A DNA stretch of 58,816 nucleotides from Gemmatimonadota bacterium. Lineage in GTDB: Bacteria; Latescibacterota; UBA2968; UBA8231. Every line of letters starts with the position of its first letter. The first letter of the stretch is position 1. Positions 29,499 through 41,144 of this stretch are shown piece after piece. The stretch spans positions 1 through 58,816 of the forward strand of contig JAYOYH010000027.1 of the NCBI GenBank assembly GCA_038153405.1, given 5' to 3'. The notes beneath the pieces were generated by a model. That model made no database searches and was not told the origin of the DNA. It saw only the letters and a list, made by a program, of their open reading frames with translations. Made by a program: the position numbers and the translations under genes.

Positions 29499-31318
29499 TG
29501 GATCAGTGCGAGAATTTTGAGTACGACGTTCTAGTGATCGGCGCCGGCGGCGCCGGCTTGCGCGCCGCCATTGAGGCATCGACTACCGATCTCAAGGTCG
29601 GCCTGATCTGCAAATCGCTCTTGGGCAAGGCCCACACCGTGATGGCCGAAGGCGGCATGGCGGCGGCGATGGCCAACGTCGACGACCGCGACAACTGGAA
29701 AGTGCACTTCGCCGACACCATGCGCGGCGGCCAGTATATCAATAATTACCGCATGGCCCAGATCCACGCCCAGGAGGCGCCCGCGCGCGTGCGAGAGCTG
29801 GAAGCTTGGGGGGCACTTTTCGACCGCACCCAGGACGGCCGCATGACCCAGCGCAACTTCGGGGGGCACCGCTATCCGCGCTTGGCGCACGTAGGCGATC
29901 GCACCGGCCTCGAATTAATCCGCACCCTGCAGGACCACGGCATTCACCAGGGCATCGAAGTACACATGGAGCACACGGTTTCTTCGCTGGTCAAGGACGG
30001 CGATCGCGTCGCCGGCGCGCTGGCTTACGACCGCGAACTGGGTCGCTTCAAGCTCTTTCACGCCAAGGCCGTCATTTTGGCGACCGGGGGCACCGGCCGC
30101 GCATTTAAAATCACCAGCAACAGCTGGGAGTACACGGGCGACGGGCACGCGCTGGCCTACGATGCCGGCGCCGATCTGATCGACATGGAGTGCATCCAGT
30201 TTCATCCCACGGGGATGATCTGGCCGCTCAGCGTGCGCGGGATCCTGGTGACCGAGGGCGTGCGCGGAGAAGGGGGCGTGCTGCTCAACAGCGAGGGCAA
30301 GCGCTTTATGTTCGACGACATACCGGAAAACTACCGCAATCAGACGGCGGACAACCCCGAAGAGGGCTGGCGCTACACCCAAGGCGACAAATCGGCTCGC
30401 CGACCGCCCGAACTGCTCACGCGCGACCACGTGGCACGCTGCATAGTGCACGAAGTGCGCGAGGGCCGCGGCAGCCCCCACGGCGGCGTCTTCTTGGACA
30501 TCGCTTGGATCAAGGAGAAGCTGCCCAACGCCGCCGAGCATATTAAGCGCAAGCTGCCCAGCATGTATCACCAGTTCAAGCAGTTGGCCAACGTGGACAT
30601 TACCGCCGACGCCATGGAAGTCGGTCCGACCACGCACTACACCATGGGCGGCATACGCGTCGACGCCGAAAGCCAGATGTCGGCCGTGCCGGGGCTTTTT
30701 GCCTGCGGCGAATGCGCTGCTGGACTGCACGGTGCCAACCGCTTAGGCGGCAACTCGCTTTCGGACTTGATCGTCTTTGGCAAGCGCGCTGGCGAGTATG
30801 CCGCGCGCTTTGCCCAGGAAAACGGCGATGTATCCGTCGACAAAAGCCAAGTGGGCGAGCTGATCCGGCGCACGCTCGAGCCACTCGAGCGCGAGGACGT
30901 CGGCGAACAGCCCTACGCCATCCAGGCGGAGCTGCAGGAGACGATGCAAGAGCTGGTCGGCATTGTCCGCCGTGAGGAAGAGATGCAGCAGGCCTTGGAT
31001 GTTATTTCGTCGCTCAAAGCGCGCGCAGCGCGCGCATCGGTGCCGGGTAACCGCGAGTACAATCCCGGCTGGCATACCGGAGTTGATTTAAACAGCTTAC
31101 TCACCGTTTCCGAAGCGATCGCGCTGTCGGCCATCGAACGCAAAGAGAGCCGCGGCGGCCACTTCCGCGACGACTACCCGGACAAGGACGCAGACCACTT
31201 TGCCAAGGTTAATATCCGGGTGCGCAAGGGAGAGGACGGCAGCATGCAAATCGACCAATTGCCCATACCCGAGCTACCTGCCGAGCTACTGCAGGTCATC
31301 GAAGAGGAGAGCAATTAA
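29498..31318 (+). CDS. sdhA: Succinate dehydrogenase/fumarate reductase flavoprotein (Sdh1 type)
   Basis: GAGGAG, KAHTVMAEGG (FAD His), QFHPT, HYTMGG, HGANRLGGNSL, ESRGGHFR. ATG overlaps the upstream TAA. Confidence 0.95.
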   Translation: MDQCENFEYDVLVIGAGGAGLRAAIEASTTDLKVGLICKSLLGKAHTVMAEGGMAAAMANVDDRDNWKVHFADTMRGGQYINNYRMAQIHAQEAPARVRELEAWGALFDRTQDGRMTQRNFGGHRYPRLAHVGDRTGLELIRTLQDHGIHQGIEVHMEHTVSSLVKDGDRVAGALAYDRELGRFKLFHAKAVILATGGTGRAFKITSNSWEYTGDGHALAYDAGADLIDMECIQFHPTGMIWPLSVRGILVTEGVRGEGGVLLNSEGKRFMFDDIPENYRNQTADNPEEGWRYTQGDKSARRPPELLTRDHVARCIVHEVREGRGSPHGGVFLDIAWIKEKLPNAAEHIKRKLPSMYHQFKQLANVDITADAMEVGPTTHYTMGGIRVDAESQMSAVPGLFACGECAAGLHGANRLGGNSLSDLIVFGKRAGEYAARFAQENGDVSVDKSQVGELIRRTLEPLEREDVGEQPYAIQAELQETMQELVGIVRREEEMQQALDVISSLKARAARASVPGNREYNPGWHTGVDLNSLLTVSEAIALSAIERKESRGGHFRDDYPDKDADHFAKVNIRVRKGEDGSMQIDQLPIPELPAELLQVIEEESN

Positions 31319-32067
31319 TGGAACAGGCCCGTTTCAAGATCTGGCGCGGCAGCGGCGATACCGGCCACTTTGAAGAGTACGAAACGCAGGTCGACGAGGG
31401 CATGGTCGTTCTCGACGCCGTGCACCGCATCCAGGCCGAGCAAGCGCCAGACCTTGCCTGTCGCTGGAACTGCAAGGCGGGCAAATGCGGTTCGTGCTCA
31501 GCCGAAATCAACGGCATGCCACGCCTTATGTGCATGACGCGCCTCGATCAGGTTCCGCTCGACGAGCCCGTCACCATTGAGCCGATGAAGGCGTTCCCCC
31601 TCATCCGCGATCTAGTGACCGACGTATCGTCCAATTTCCGCGCTAAAAAAGCCATCAAGAAATTCAAGCCCCGGCCGCCCGACGCCGAGGACGGCACGTG
31701 GCGCATGGTGCAAGAAGATGCCGATCGCGTGCAGGAGTTTCGCAAGTGCATCGAGTGTTTTTTGTGCCAGGACGTGTGCCACGTTCTGCGCGAACACGAC
31801 AAGCACGAAGAGTTTGTTGGTCCGCGCCTACTGGTATACACGGCGGCCCTTGAAATGCACCCGCTCGACGTAGAAGACCGAACTGCCGATCTCAAAAAGG
31901 CGCACGGCATCGGTTATTGCAATATAACCAAGTGCTGCACTAAGGTTTGTCCCGAGGAAATTACCATAACCGACAACGCCATCATTCCGCTCAAAGAGCG
32001 CGTCGTCGACCGCTACTACGATCCATTTAGCCGGCTCTTTCAAATATTCAGTTCCGACAGCACCTAG
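31318..32067 (+). CDS. sdhB: Succinate dehydrogenase/fumarate reductase Fe-S subunit (Sdh1 type)
   Basis: CKAGKCGSC..C, CIECFLCQDVC, CNITKCCTKVCP. Confidence 0.95.
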   Translation: MEQARFKIWRGSGDTGHFEEYETQVDEGMVVLDAVHRIQAEQAPDLACRWNCKAGKCGSCSAEINGMPRLMCMTRLDQVPLDEPVTIEPMKAFPLIRDLVTDVSSNFRAKKAIKKFKPRPPDAEDGTWRMVQEDADRVQEFRKCIECFLCQDVCHVLREHDKHEEFVGPRLLVYTAALEMHPLDVEDRTADLKKAHGIGYCNITKCCTKVCPEEITITDNAIIPLKERVVDRYYDPFSRLFQIFSSDST

Positions 32068-32084
32068 GCGCAGCGCCCTCCCTT

Positions 32085-32585
32085 ATGGAACTGAAGAAGA
32101 TCAGCCTCCAGTCCGTGCCGACCGCCCTCAAGCGCGTCGAGCGCTACAGGCTATTGAACGAGCCGCGCGTCGCCGAAAGTATCTGCCTCGATATTTTGGC
32201 CGTTGACCCGGACAACTGCGCTGCGCGCATCGACCTCATTCTCGCTCTGACAGACCAGTTTGGGATAGAAGGCACCGGTTCCGGACTCAGCCGCCGGGCG
32301 CTGGATCTGGCCGGAGCGCTAACGGACGCCTACCAGCGCATCTACTACACCGGTATCGTGCACGAACGCGATGCCAAAGCGCGCCTGAGCCGCGGCTATC
32401 CCGGTGCGATATTTGACGCCTATGAGCTGCTGTGCGATGCCATGGATTGCTTTGCCGAAGCCGAGCCGCTAGCTGAGCCAGGGATCGATGACGCCGTGCT
32501 GCGCTGGAACAGCTGCGCGCGCATTATCGCGGAAGATCGGCTCGAGGCGCGGCCCGAAGATCGCGAAGTCTCGCTGTTGGAGTAG
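32085..32585 (+). CDS. Hypothetical helical protein, fourth gene of the Sdh1-type operon
   Basis: 166-aa ORF 17 bp after sdhB and before the terminator (RYRLLNEP, LRWNSCAR). Confidence 0.75.
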   Translation: MELKKISLQSVPTALKRVERYRLLNEPRVAESICLDILAVDPDNCAARIDLILALTDQFGIEGTGSGLSRRALDLAGALTDAYQRIYYTGIVHERDAKARLSRGYPGAIFDAYELLCDAMDCFAEAEPLAEPGIDDAVLRWNSCARIIAEDRLEARPEDREVSLLE

Positions 32586-32645
32586 AGCGCTCGACCTGTC
32601 TACTTGCCCCCGGGCAAATGTCTATCTGATCGGCAACAAAACCCA

Positions 32646-32687
32646 CAAAAAAAGCTCCGTCCGGCCCAGTGGCCAAACGGAGCTTTT
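32646..32687. terminator. Bidirectional intrinsic terminator between the Sdh1 operon and sucD
   Basis: AAAAGCTCCGT...ACGGAGCTTTT inverted repeat with A and T tracts. Confidence 0.75.
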
Positions 32688-32711
32688 GTCGTTTTAGACT
32701 CGGTCGGTGCG

Positions 32712-33581
32712 CTACGCCAGCGCTCGTTCCACCGTCTCGCCGATTTCAGCCGGGCTCTCGCAGACGTGGATGCCGGCGTCCTTCATCGCCGCCATCTTGT
32801 CCTCGGCCGTGCCCTTGCCACCGGCAATAATTGCACCGGCATGACCCATGCGCCGTCCCGGCGGGGCCGTGCGCCCGGCAATAAAGCCGACGACGGGCTT
32901 GGCGTAGTGCTGCTTGATATACTCGGCGGCCTCTTCCTCGGCCGTGCCACCAATCTCACCGATCATCACGACGGCGTCCGTATCGGCATCGTCTTTAAAC
33001 AGGGCCAGCGCGTCAACAAAGCGCGTGCCTATGACCGGATCGCCGCCGATGCCGATGGCCGTGGACTGCCCGAGGCCCCGCCCCGTCAGCTGGCCAACGG
33101 CTTCGTAGGTCAGCGTGCCGCTGCGCGAGATAATACCTACGCGGCCCGGCTGGTGAATAAAGCCCGGCATAATGCCAATCTTGCACTTGCCCGGGCTGAT
33201 AATACCGGGGCAATTGGGGCCGATCAGCCGCGTCGAGCGCGCCTGCACGTAGTGATAGGCCTTGATCATATCATCGACGGGAATACCCTCGGTGATGCAA
33301 ACCACCAGCGGTAGTCCCGCATCGGCCGCTTCCATAATGGCATCGCCGGCAAAAGGCGGCGGCACGAAGATGACGGACGCATTCGCGCCGGTCTGCTCGA
33401 CCGCGTCGGCTACCGTATTAAACACGGGTACGCCTTCGAACGCTTGGCCCCCTTTACCTGGGGTTACTCCCCCCACCACCTGGGTGCCGTACTCGATCAT
33501 CTGCTTGGCGTGGAAAGAGCCTTCTCCGCCGGTGATGCCCTGAACGATAACTTTGGTATGTTCGTCAACTAAAACGCTCAT
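32712..33581 (-). CDS. sucD: Succinyl-CoA ligase alpha subunit
   Basis: [28 protein letters not shown] motifs. Confidence 0.98.
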   Translation of the reverse strand: MSVLVDEHTKVIVQGITGGEGSFHAKQMIEYGTQVVGGVTPGKGGQAFEGVPVFNTVADAVEQTGANASVIFVPPPFAGDAIMEAADAGLPLVVCITEGIPVDDMIKAYHYVQARSTRLIGPNCPGIISPGKCKIGIMPGFIHQPGRVGIISRSGTLTYEAVGQLTGRGLGQSTAIGIGGDPVIGTRFVDALALFKDDADTDAVVMIGEIGGTAEEEAAEYIKQHYAKPVVGFIAGRTAPPGRRMGHAGAIIAGGKGTAEDKMAAMKDAGIHVCESPAEIGETVERALA

Positions 33582-33592
33582 TCTAACCCCGT

Positions 33593-34750
33593 TTACTGTA
33601 TGGCTGCCACGGCCTTTTCGGCCGCGTCTTTGAGGCCGTTTCCTACGGCAAAATCCATATCCGATTCCTCTAACATCTTGGCTGCTACATCGGCGTTGGT
33701 GCCGGCCAGACGCACGACGATGGGCACGTTGACGTCGATATTCTTGCGCGCCTGGATTACCCCTTCGGCCACGCGGTCGCAGCGCACAATGCCACCGAAG
33801 ATATTGATGAGAATGGCCTTTACGTTCGGATCGGACAGCAGAATCTTAAAGCCATTCTCGACGGTCTGGGCACTGGCACCGCCGCCCACGTCGAGGAAGT
33901 TGGCCGGCTCACCGCCGGCTAGTTTGATAATGTCCATCGTGCCCATGGCCAGCCCTGCGCCGTTGACCATACAGCCGATGTTGCCGTCCAGCTTGATGTA
34001 GTTCAGGTTGTACTTGGATGCTTCGACCTCGAGGTCGTCCTCTTCATCGAGGTCGCGCATCTCCGCGAAATCCTTGTGGCGAAAGAGCGCATTGTCGTCA
34101 AAGTTGACCTTGGCATCGAGGGCCAGCACCTGGCCGTCTTTGGTGGTGACCAGCGGATTGATCTCGGCTATTGAACAATCGGCGCCAACAAACGCGTTGT
34201 ACAGTTTGAGGATTAGACCGGCCGCGGCGCGCACCTGCGCCCCTTCAAAACCTAGTCCAAAGGCGAGGCGCGTAGCTTGGAACGGCTGCAGACCGACGCC
34301 CGGATCCACCGTTTCACGCAGGATCTTTTCCGGATTGTTAGCCGCTACTTCCTCAATTTCAACGCCCCCTTCGCTGCTGGCCATCACGACGAGTTTGCTC
34401 TGGGCGCGATCCAGGGTAATACCAAGATAAAACTCGCGGTCGATATCGGAGGCCTTTTCCACCAATACCTGCTTAACCTTCTGACCTTCGGGCCCCGTCT
34501 GGTGCGTTACTAATTGCATGCCGATAATGGCTTCGGCCGCCTGGCGCGCTTCGGCCGCGCTGCCAGCCACTTTCACGCCCCCTCCCTTGCCGCGACCACC
34601 CGCGTGAATCTGCGCTTTGACGACCACCCTGCCGCCCAGTTCTTGGGCAATCTGCTCCGCCTCATCTGGCGTATGGGCAACGCGGCCTTCCGGCACGGCC
34701 ACGCCGTATTGTCTCAGTATTTCCTTGCCCTGAAATTCGTGGATTTTCAT
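33593..34750 (-). CDS. sucC: Succinyl-CoA ligase beta subunit
   Basis: [37 protein letters not shown] motifs. Confidence 0.98.
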   Translation of the reverse strand: MKIHEFQGKEILRQYGVAVPEGRVAHTPDEAEQIAQELGGRVVVKAQIHAGGRGKGGGVKVAGSAAEARQAAEAIIGMQLVTHQTGPEGQKVKQVLVEKASDIDREFYLGITLDRAQSKLVVMASSEGGVEIEEVAANNPEKILRETVDPGVGLQPFQATRLAFGLGFEGAQVRAAAGLILKLYNAFVGADCSIAEINPLVTTKDGQVLALDAKVNFDDNALFRHKDFAEMRDLDEEDDLEVEASKYNLNYIKLDGNIGCMVNGAGLAMGTMDIIKLAGGEPANFLDVGGGASAQTVENGFKILLSDPNVKAILINIFGGIVRCDRVAEGVIQARKNIDVNVPIVVRLAGTNADVAAKMLEESDMDFAVGNGLKDAAEKAVAAIQ

Positions 34751-34988
34751 TATCGACCACCTTTGTTTGTCTGAAGTATCATACAGTACGCATAGAACAG
34801 CAAACTGGCAAGAACGGCACCGGGCGCGCCGATTGGGTTATTTAAGAACGCTATTCTCGCCGAACACCAATTGACCCCTGATGGTTTTGGATTATTATCT
34901 GTGATGTCGTAAACCACAATTAGAACTGCATTTAGGTTTCGTCATCGATTAGGTGCTACTGCGCCTGACACCGAGGATATACGCACGT

Positions 34989-35621
34989 ATGGCTGTTCGC
35001 TTTATCTCATCGTCCATTGGCAAGAAATTGGGTATGGCCCTCACCGGGCTCGTCTGGTACGGGTTCCTCCTGGGGCACCTGCTGGGAAATCTACTCCTGC
35101 TGAAAGGGGACGGCGGTCAAGCATTTGACGCCTATGCCGAGTTTCTCATCAACCATCCCCTCATCATACCTGCCGAGCTATTCTTATTGGCGACATTTCT
35201 CCTGCACATGTATTTGGCCATACGCGTTACGGCGGAAAACCGCCGGGCGCGTCCCACCGCCTATCAGGTCGCACGCTCCTCCGGCGGGCGCACCCTAGCC
35301 TCATCTTCCATGATCTTCACCGGCACCTTCACGCTGGTATTTATCGTCTTTCACCTGATAACATTTAAATACGGAGAGCGCGTGGGCGGATCGCTCTACA
35401 AACTCGTCGAACAAACGTTCCAACAGACGGGTTATATGGTCTGGTATGTCGTCGCCATGCTGATACTGGGCTTTCACCTCTGGCATGCCTTCCAAAGCGC
35501 TTTTCAAACACTGAGCCTGCGCTCAAAGGCCATCCACATCATAGGGTCGGCGCTCTGTCTGTTCATCGCCGCCGGTTTTGCTTTTCTGCCCATTTACGTG
35601 GGCCTCATTCAACAAGGGTAG
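34989..35621 (+). CDS. sdhC: Succinate dehydrogenase cytochrome b subunit (single 5-TM dihaem b558 type)
   Basis: [13 protein letters not shown] and four His in TM helices (HLLGN, LHMY, FHL, FHLWH). Confidence 0.92.
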   Translation: MAVRFISSSIGKKLGMALTGLVWYGFLLGHLLGNLLLLKGDGGQAFDAYAEFLINHPLIIPAELFLLATFLLHMYLAIRVTAENRRARPTAYQVARSSGGRTLASSSMIFTGTFTLVFIVFHLITFKYGERVGGSLYKLVEQTFQQTGYMVWYVVAMLILGFHLWHAFQSAFQTLSLRSKAIHIIGSALCLFIAAGFAFLPIYVGLIQQG

Positions 35622-35623
35622 AG

Positions 35624-37533
<1,910 letters not shown>

Positions 37534-37537
<4 letters not shown>

Positions 37538-38310
37538 GCGGAGAAGGCAGCCGCGCTGAGGGCATGGCATTTACGCTGAAGGTATGGCGTCAGAAAAATG
37601 CTAACGACCGCGGTGAGATGGTATCGTATTCGGCCGAGAACATCAATCCGGAAATGTCCTTTTTGGAAATGCTCGACGTGGTAAACGACCAGTTAGAACT
37701 CAAGGGTATCGAGTCGATAGCCTTCGACAGCGATTGCCGCGAAGGCATTTGCGGCATGTGCAGTTTGGTAATAAACGGACAGCCCCACGGACCGGGCAGC
37801 GGCACGACGACCTGCCAACTCTATATGCGCAGCTTTGAGAGCGGGTCAACCATCACGATAGAGCCGTGGCGGGCAAGGGCCTTTCCCGTCGTACGCGACC
37901 TCTGCGTCGACCGGTCCGCCTTCGACCGAATTATGCAAGCCGGCGGCTATATATCGGTCAATACGGGTTCGGCACCCGACGCCAATGCCATACCCATCGC
38001 CCAAAACCTAGCCGAAGAAGCCATGGATGCGGCTGCCTGTATAGGGTGCGGCGCGTGCGTTGCCTCCTGCAAAAATGCGTCCGCCATGCTGTTTGTCGGC
38101 GCCAAGGTCAAGCACCTCAACGTGCTGCCCCAAGGCCAGCCCGAACGGCAGCGGCGAACGATTGCAATGGTCGAGGCAATGCAGGCAGAAGGGTTTGGCA
38201 ACTGTACTAATGAATACGAGTGCGAGGCCGTTTGCCCAAAGGAAATTTCAGCCGGTCACATAGCGTACCTAAACAGAGATTTCTTACGCGCCAAGCTCGG
38301 CAGTCGGTAG
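37534..38310 (+). CDS. sdhB: Succinate dehydrogenase/fumarate reductase Fe-S subunit
   Basis: [33 protein letters not shown]. Confidence 0.95.
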
Positions 38311-38331
38311 CGCGCAACGCCTGCAGAACAT

Positions 38332-38370
38332 AGAAAAGGGTGCTAGCCGGTATGGCCAGCACCCTTTTCT
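38332..38370. terminator. Bidirectional intrinsic terminator between sdhB and rpmA
   Basis: AGAAAAGGGTGCT...AGCACCCTTTTCT inverted repeat. Confidence 0.85.
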
Positions 38371-38393
38371 ATGTTCTGATATTCCGATTTATA

Positions 38394-38648
38394 CTACGCA
38401 GCTACGATATTGACGCGCTTGCGGCTTTTGCCAAATTCCTCAAACTGCACTTTGCCGTCCGCTGTTGCAAAGAGCGTATCGTCGCCACCCTTTTTCACAT
38501 TGAGCCCCGGGTGGATACGGGTGCCGCGCTGGCGCACGATGATCGTACCTGCCCTAACCGTCTCGCCGCCGTAGCGCTTGACGCCGAGGCGTTTGGAATG
38601 ACTGTCGCGACCGTTTTTGGAGCTGCCTACGCCTTTTTTATGAGCCAT
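38394..38648 (-). CDS. rpmA: 50S ribosomal protein L27
   Basis: [16 protein letters not shown]...RQRGT. Confidence 0.99.
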   Translation of the reverse strand: MAHKKGVGSSKNGRDSHSKRLGVKRYGGETVRAGTIIVRQRGTRIHPGLNVKKGGDDTLFATADGKVQFEEFGKSRKRVNIVAA

Positions 38649-38671
38649 GGCGCTTTCCTTTCAGCTAATCT

Positions 38672-38989
38672 CTAGTTGGGGAGGACGATGTCCTCTATCT
38701 GGATCTCGGTGTAGTCTTGGCGGTGTCCGTTGCGGTTGCGGTAGGTCTTGCGCCGCTTCATTTTGAAGACGACGATCTTTTTACCGCGACCGTGACCTAA
38801 GACCGTGGCCGATACGCTCGCACCCTCAACCGTGGGGCTTCCAACTTTCGTATCGCCCTCATTGGAGACCAACAACACTTCCGTGAACTCCTGGGCATTG
38901 CCCTCTTCGGCTTGGAGCTTGGGGACGCGCACGCGCTGGCCCTTCTCGACCCGAACCTGCTCACCTGCTATTTTAACGACTGCGTACAT
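38672..38989 (-). CDS. rplU: 50S ribosomal protein L21
   Basis: MYAVVKIAGEQ...GHRQDYT. Confidence 0.98.
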   Translation of the reverse strand: MYAVVKIAGEQVRVEKGQRVRVPKLQAEEGNAQEFTEVLLVSNEGDTKVGSPTVEGASVSATVLGHGRGKKIVVFKMKRRKTYRNRNGHRQDYTEIQIEDIVLPN

Positions 38990-39045
38990 CGCACTTCTCC
39001 AAAGATGATCATCCGTTCAAATCACCAGTACTCTGGGAAACGTAT

Positions 39046-39074
39046 AAAATACGAACGGCATTTTAATCTGTCAA
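39046..39074 (-). promoter_or_regulatory. Putative sigma70 promoter of rplU-rpmA
   Basis: Minus strand TTGACA-17 nt-TATTTT; the -35 overlaps the RNase E/G stop codon. Confidence 0.6.
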
Positions 39075-40594
39075 ACGCTGAATTCGGATGTTACGTCCGA
39101 GCTTCGCTTGAGCGAAAAGAAGCGGTAGTCCTGCGGCGACAGCGTCGTATCGCTCTCTACCATCAGGCGCGCCTTGGTCGATTTGCGCAGCGAACGCAGG
39201 CGCTCTTCGCGATTTTCCAGAATGTAGGTGGCGACGTCCGGATGCACCTTGAGCACGTAGCGGCGCTCGCGCGTCGCGGCAAAGGAGCGCTGTAACCAGC
39301 GCTCGATCTTCGTCATCGTCGTATCGGGACCCATGACGCGTCCCGTTCCCGCACACATGGGACAAGGCTCGCTGTGGTCGTGCAACAGGTTGGGACGCAC
39401 GCGCTGCCGCGTCATTTCCAGCAGGCCAAACTCGCTAATACGCGAACTAATCGAGACCTTTGCACGATCTTTCTTTACTTCCTCAATGAGCCGATCGACA
39501 ATTTTCTTGCGGTTTCGCTCGTCGTTCATATCGATGAAGTCGATGACGACGATACCTCCGATATCGCGCAGGCGCAGCTGGCGCGCCACCTCGCTGGCCG
39601 CTTCTAAGTTCGTGTTGAGGTTGTTTTCTTCTTGATCATCGGAACCGACAAAGCGCGCGGAGTTCACGTCGATAAAGGTGCCCGCCTCGGCAAAGTCGAT
39701 GACCAGCGCTCCTCCGCGTCGCATCCAAACCGTGCGGTTGGAGAGCTTTTCGATCTCCTCCTCAATCTTGTACGCGTCAAAAATCGGACGCCGATCCTTG
39801 TGTAGGGCGATGCGCTTGACCAGCAGGGGAGAGACCTGACGCAAATAGGATAGAATCTCTCCGTGTAGGCTTTCGTCGTCTACCACGACCTGCTCGACGT
39901 TTTCGGTAAAGAGGTCGCGGATAACGCTTGACGTCATGCCCATCTCTTTGTGAATAAGCGATGGCGCTGCCAGTCTCTTGCCGTTTTTAAGTAAGCGCTG
40001 ATGGTTTTTTACCAACTGCTTGAGATCGCGTTTGAGGTCTTTCTCTTTTTTGTCTCTGCTTTCGGTGCGCACAATCACCGAATACCCTTCCGGGCGGATC
40101 TTTTCGATGACATCGCGCAGCCGCCGCCGCTCATTCCAACTGGATATTTTGCGCGAAACGCCAACCCAACTCCCCCCAGGAACGAGCACGACAAAGCGAC
40201 CTGGTAGCGACAGCTGCGTTGTAATCCTTGCCCCTTTTGTGCTGATCGGCTCCTTGGAGATTTGCACGATGGCTTCGTCCCCCTTTTTAATCAGCTTTTG
40301 TATCGGGGGCTGGCCGTGGAAACGGCGGCGACCGTTGCGTCCACCACCCTCTTCTTCTTCGTCTTCGGCCTCGACCATATCGCGGGCTTGCAAAAAGGCC
40401 GTCCGCTCCTGTCCAATATCGACAAACGCGGCCTGAAGACCCGGCAGAACAGCGGTCACTGTTCCCTTGTAGATATCGCCAACCATGCGCTGGTTTTCTG
40501 GTCTTTCGACCCATAACTCAGCCAGGCGGCCGTCTTCTACAATGGCAATGCGCGACTCGTTCGACGCTGCATTGATATAGATTTCTGTGTGCAT
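39071..40594 (-). CDS. Ribonuclease E/G family endoribonuclease (RNase G-length)
   Basis: GDIYKG, AAFVDIG, KGARITT, IDVNS, LRDIGGIVVIDFIDM, CPMCAGTG motifs. Confidence 0.96.
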   Translation of the reverse strand: MHTEIYINAASNESRIAIVEDGRLAELWVERPENQRMVGDIYKGTVTAVLPGLQAAFVDIGQERTAFLQARDMVEAEDEEEEGGGRNGRRRFHGQPPIQKLIKKGDEAIVQISKEPISTKGARITTQLSLPGRFVVLVPGGSWVGVSRKISSWNERRRLRDVIEKIRPEGYSVIVRTESRDKKEKDLKRDLKQLVKNHQRLLKNGKRLAAPSLIHKEMGMTSSVIRDLFTENVEQVVVDDESLHGEILSYLRQVSPLLVKRIALHKDRRPIFDAYKIEEEIEKLSNRTVWMRRGGALVIDFAEAGTFIDVNSARFVGSDDQEENNLNTNLEAASEVARQLRLRDIGGIVVIDFIDMNDERNRKKIVDRLIEEVKKDRAKVSISSRISEFGLLEMTRQRVRPNLLHDHSEPCPMCAGTGRVMGPDTTMTKIERWLQRSFAATRERRYVLKVHPDVATYILENREERLRSLRKSTKARLMVESDTTLSPQDYRFFSLKRSSDVTSEFSV

Positions 40595-41106
40595 ATAACT
40601 TCCCTGTGAATACGCGGAGTATCGGCAGAGAAGACGTGAAGATTATGTATGCGAATGGGTATCACTCTCGACGCACCAACGCGTATCGAGGACCTAGTGA
40701 GGGCTAGGAATTTTGTATGCCCTTATGGGGAGCGTGCGACATATCGCTTGTTTATTGCGATATACAACGGGCCGAAATGATCTATTGAAAAGATCCGATG
40801 TTGCCTGACAGAGGTATCGCGCACTACTCATCTCTGAAGCCAGGAATACTTCGGCTTAAGAGCTAGTTGGTCTGCGGTCCTGAGTCAAAGCGGTAAAACC
40901 CGCTCATAACCGCACCACTCCAAGCTCTATAAAATCTTATTAATAAATAACTTGCGTCTGTTGTGACGCGCGTCGCTTCAAATCCCGGAAAGAGACCCTC
41001 TATACCCTTTCATGCAAAAACTTCTCGGTCTCTGCTCGAACTTCCAACTAGATAAATGGTACTGTAAACGTGACGAATGACGTTCTTTAGACAAATAAGT
41101 CCCTAT
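40595..41106 (-). promoter_or_regulatory. Long structured 5' leader of the RNase E/G gene (candidate cis-regulatory RNA)
   Basis: About 510 nt with no credible ORF, tiled by at least 7 inverted repeats, between the promoter and the ATG. Confidence 0.55.
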
Positions 41107-41112
41107 GCTCTT

Positions 41113-41141
41113 ATAATACGCATCGCACAAGGGACTAGCAA
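41113..41141 (-). promoter_or_regulatory. Putative sigma70 promoter of the RNase E/G gene
   Basis: Minus strand TTGCTA-17 nt-TATTAT just after the ctpA stop. Confidence 0.55.
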
Positions 41142-41144
41142 GGG

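Noticed and set aside
34900..34918. TGTGA...CCACA near the sdhC promoter as a Crp site
   Set aside because: The half-site spacing is 9 rather than 6 nt.
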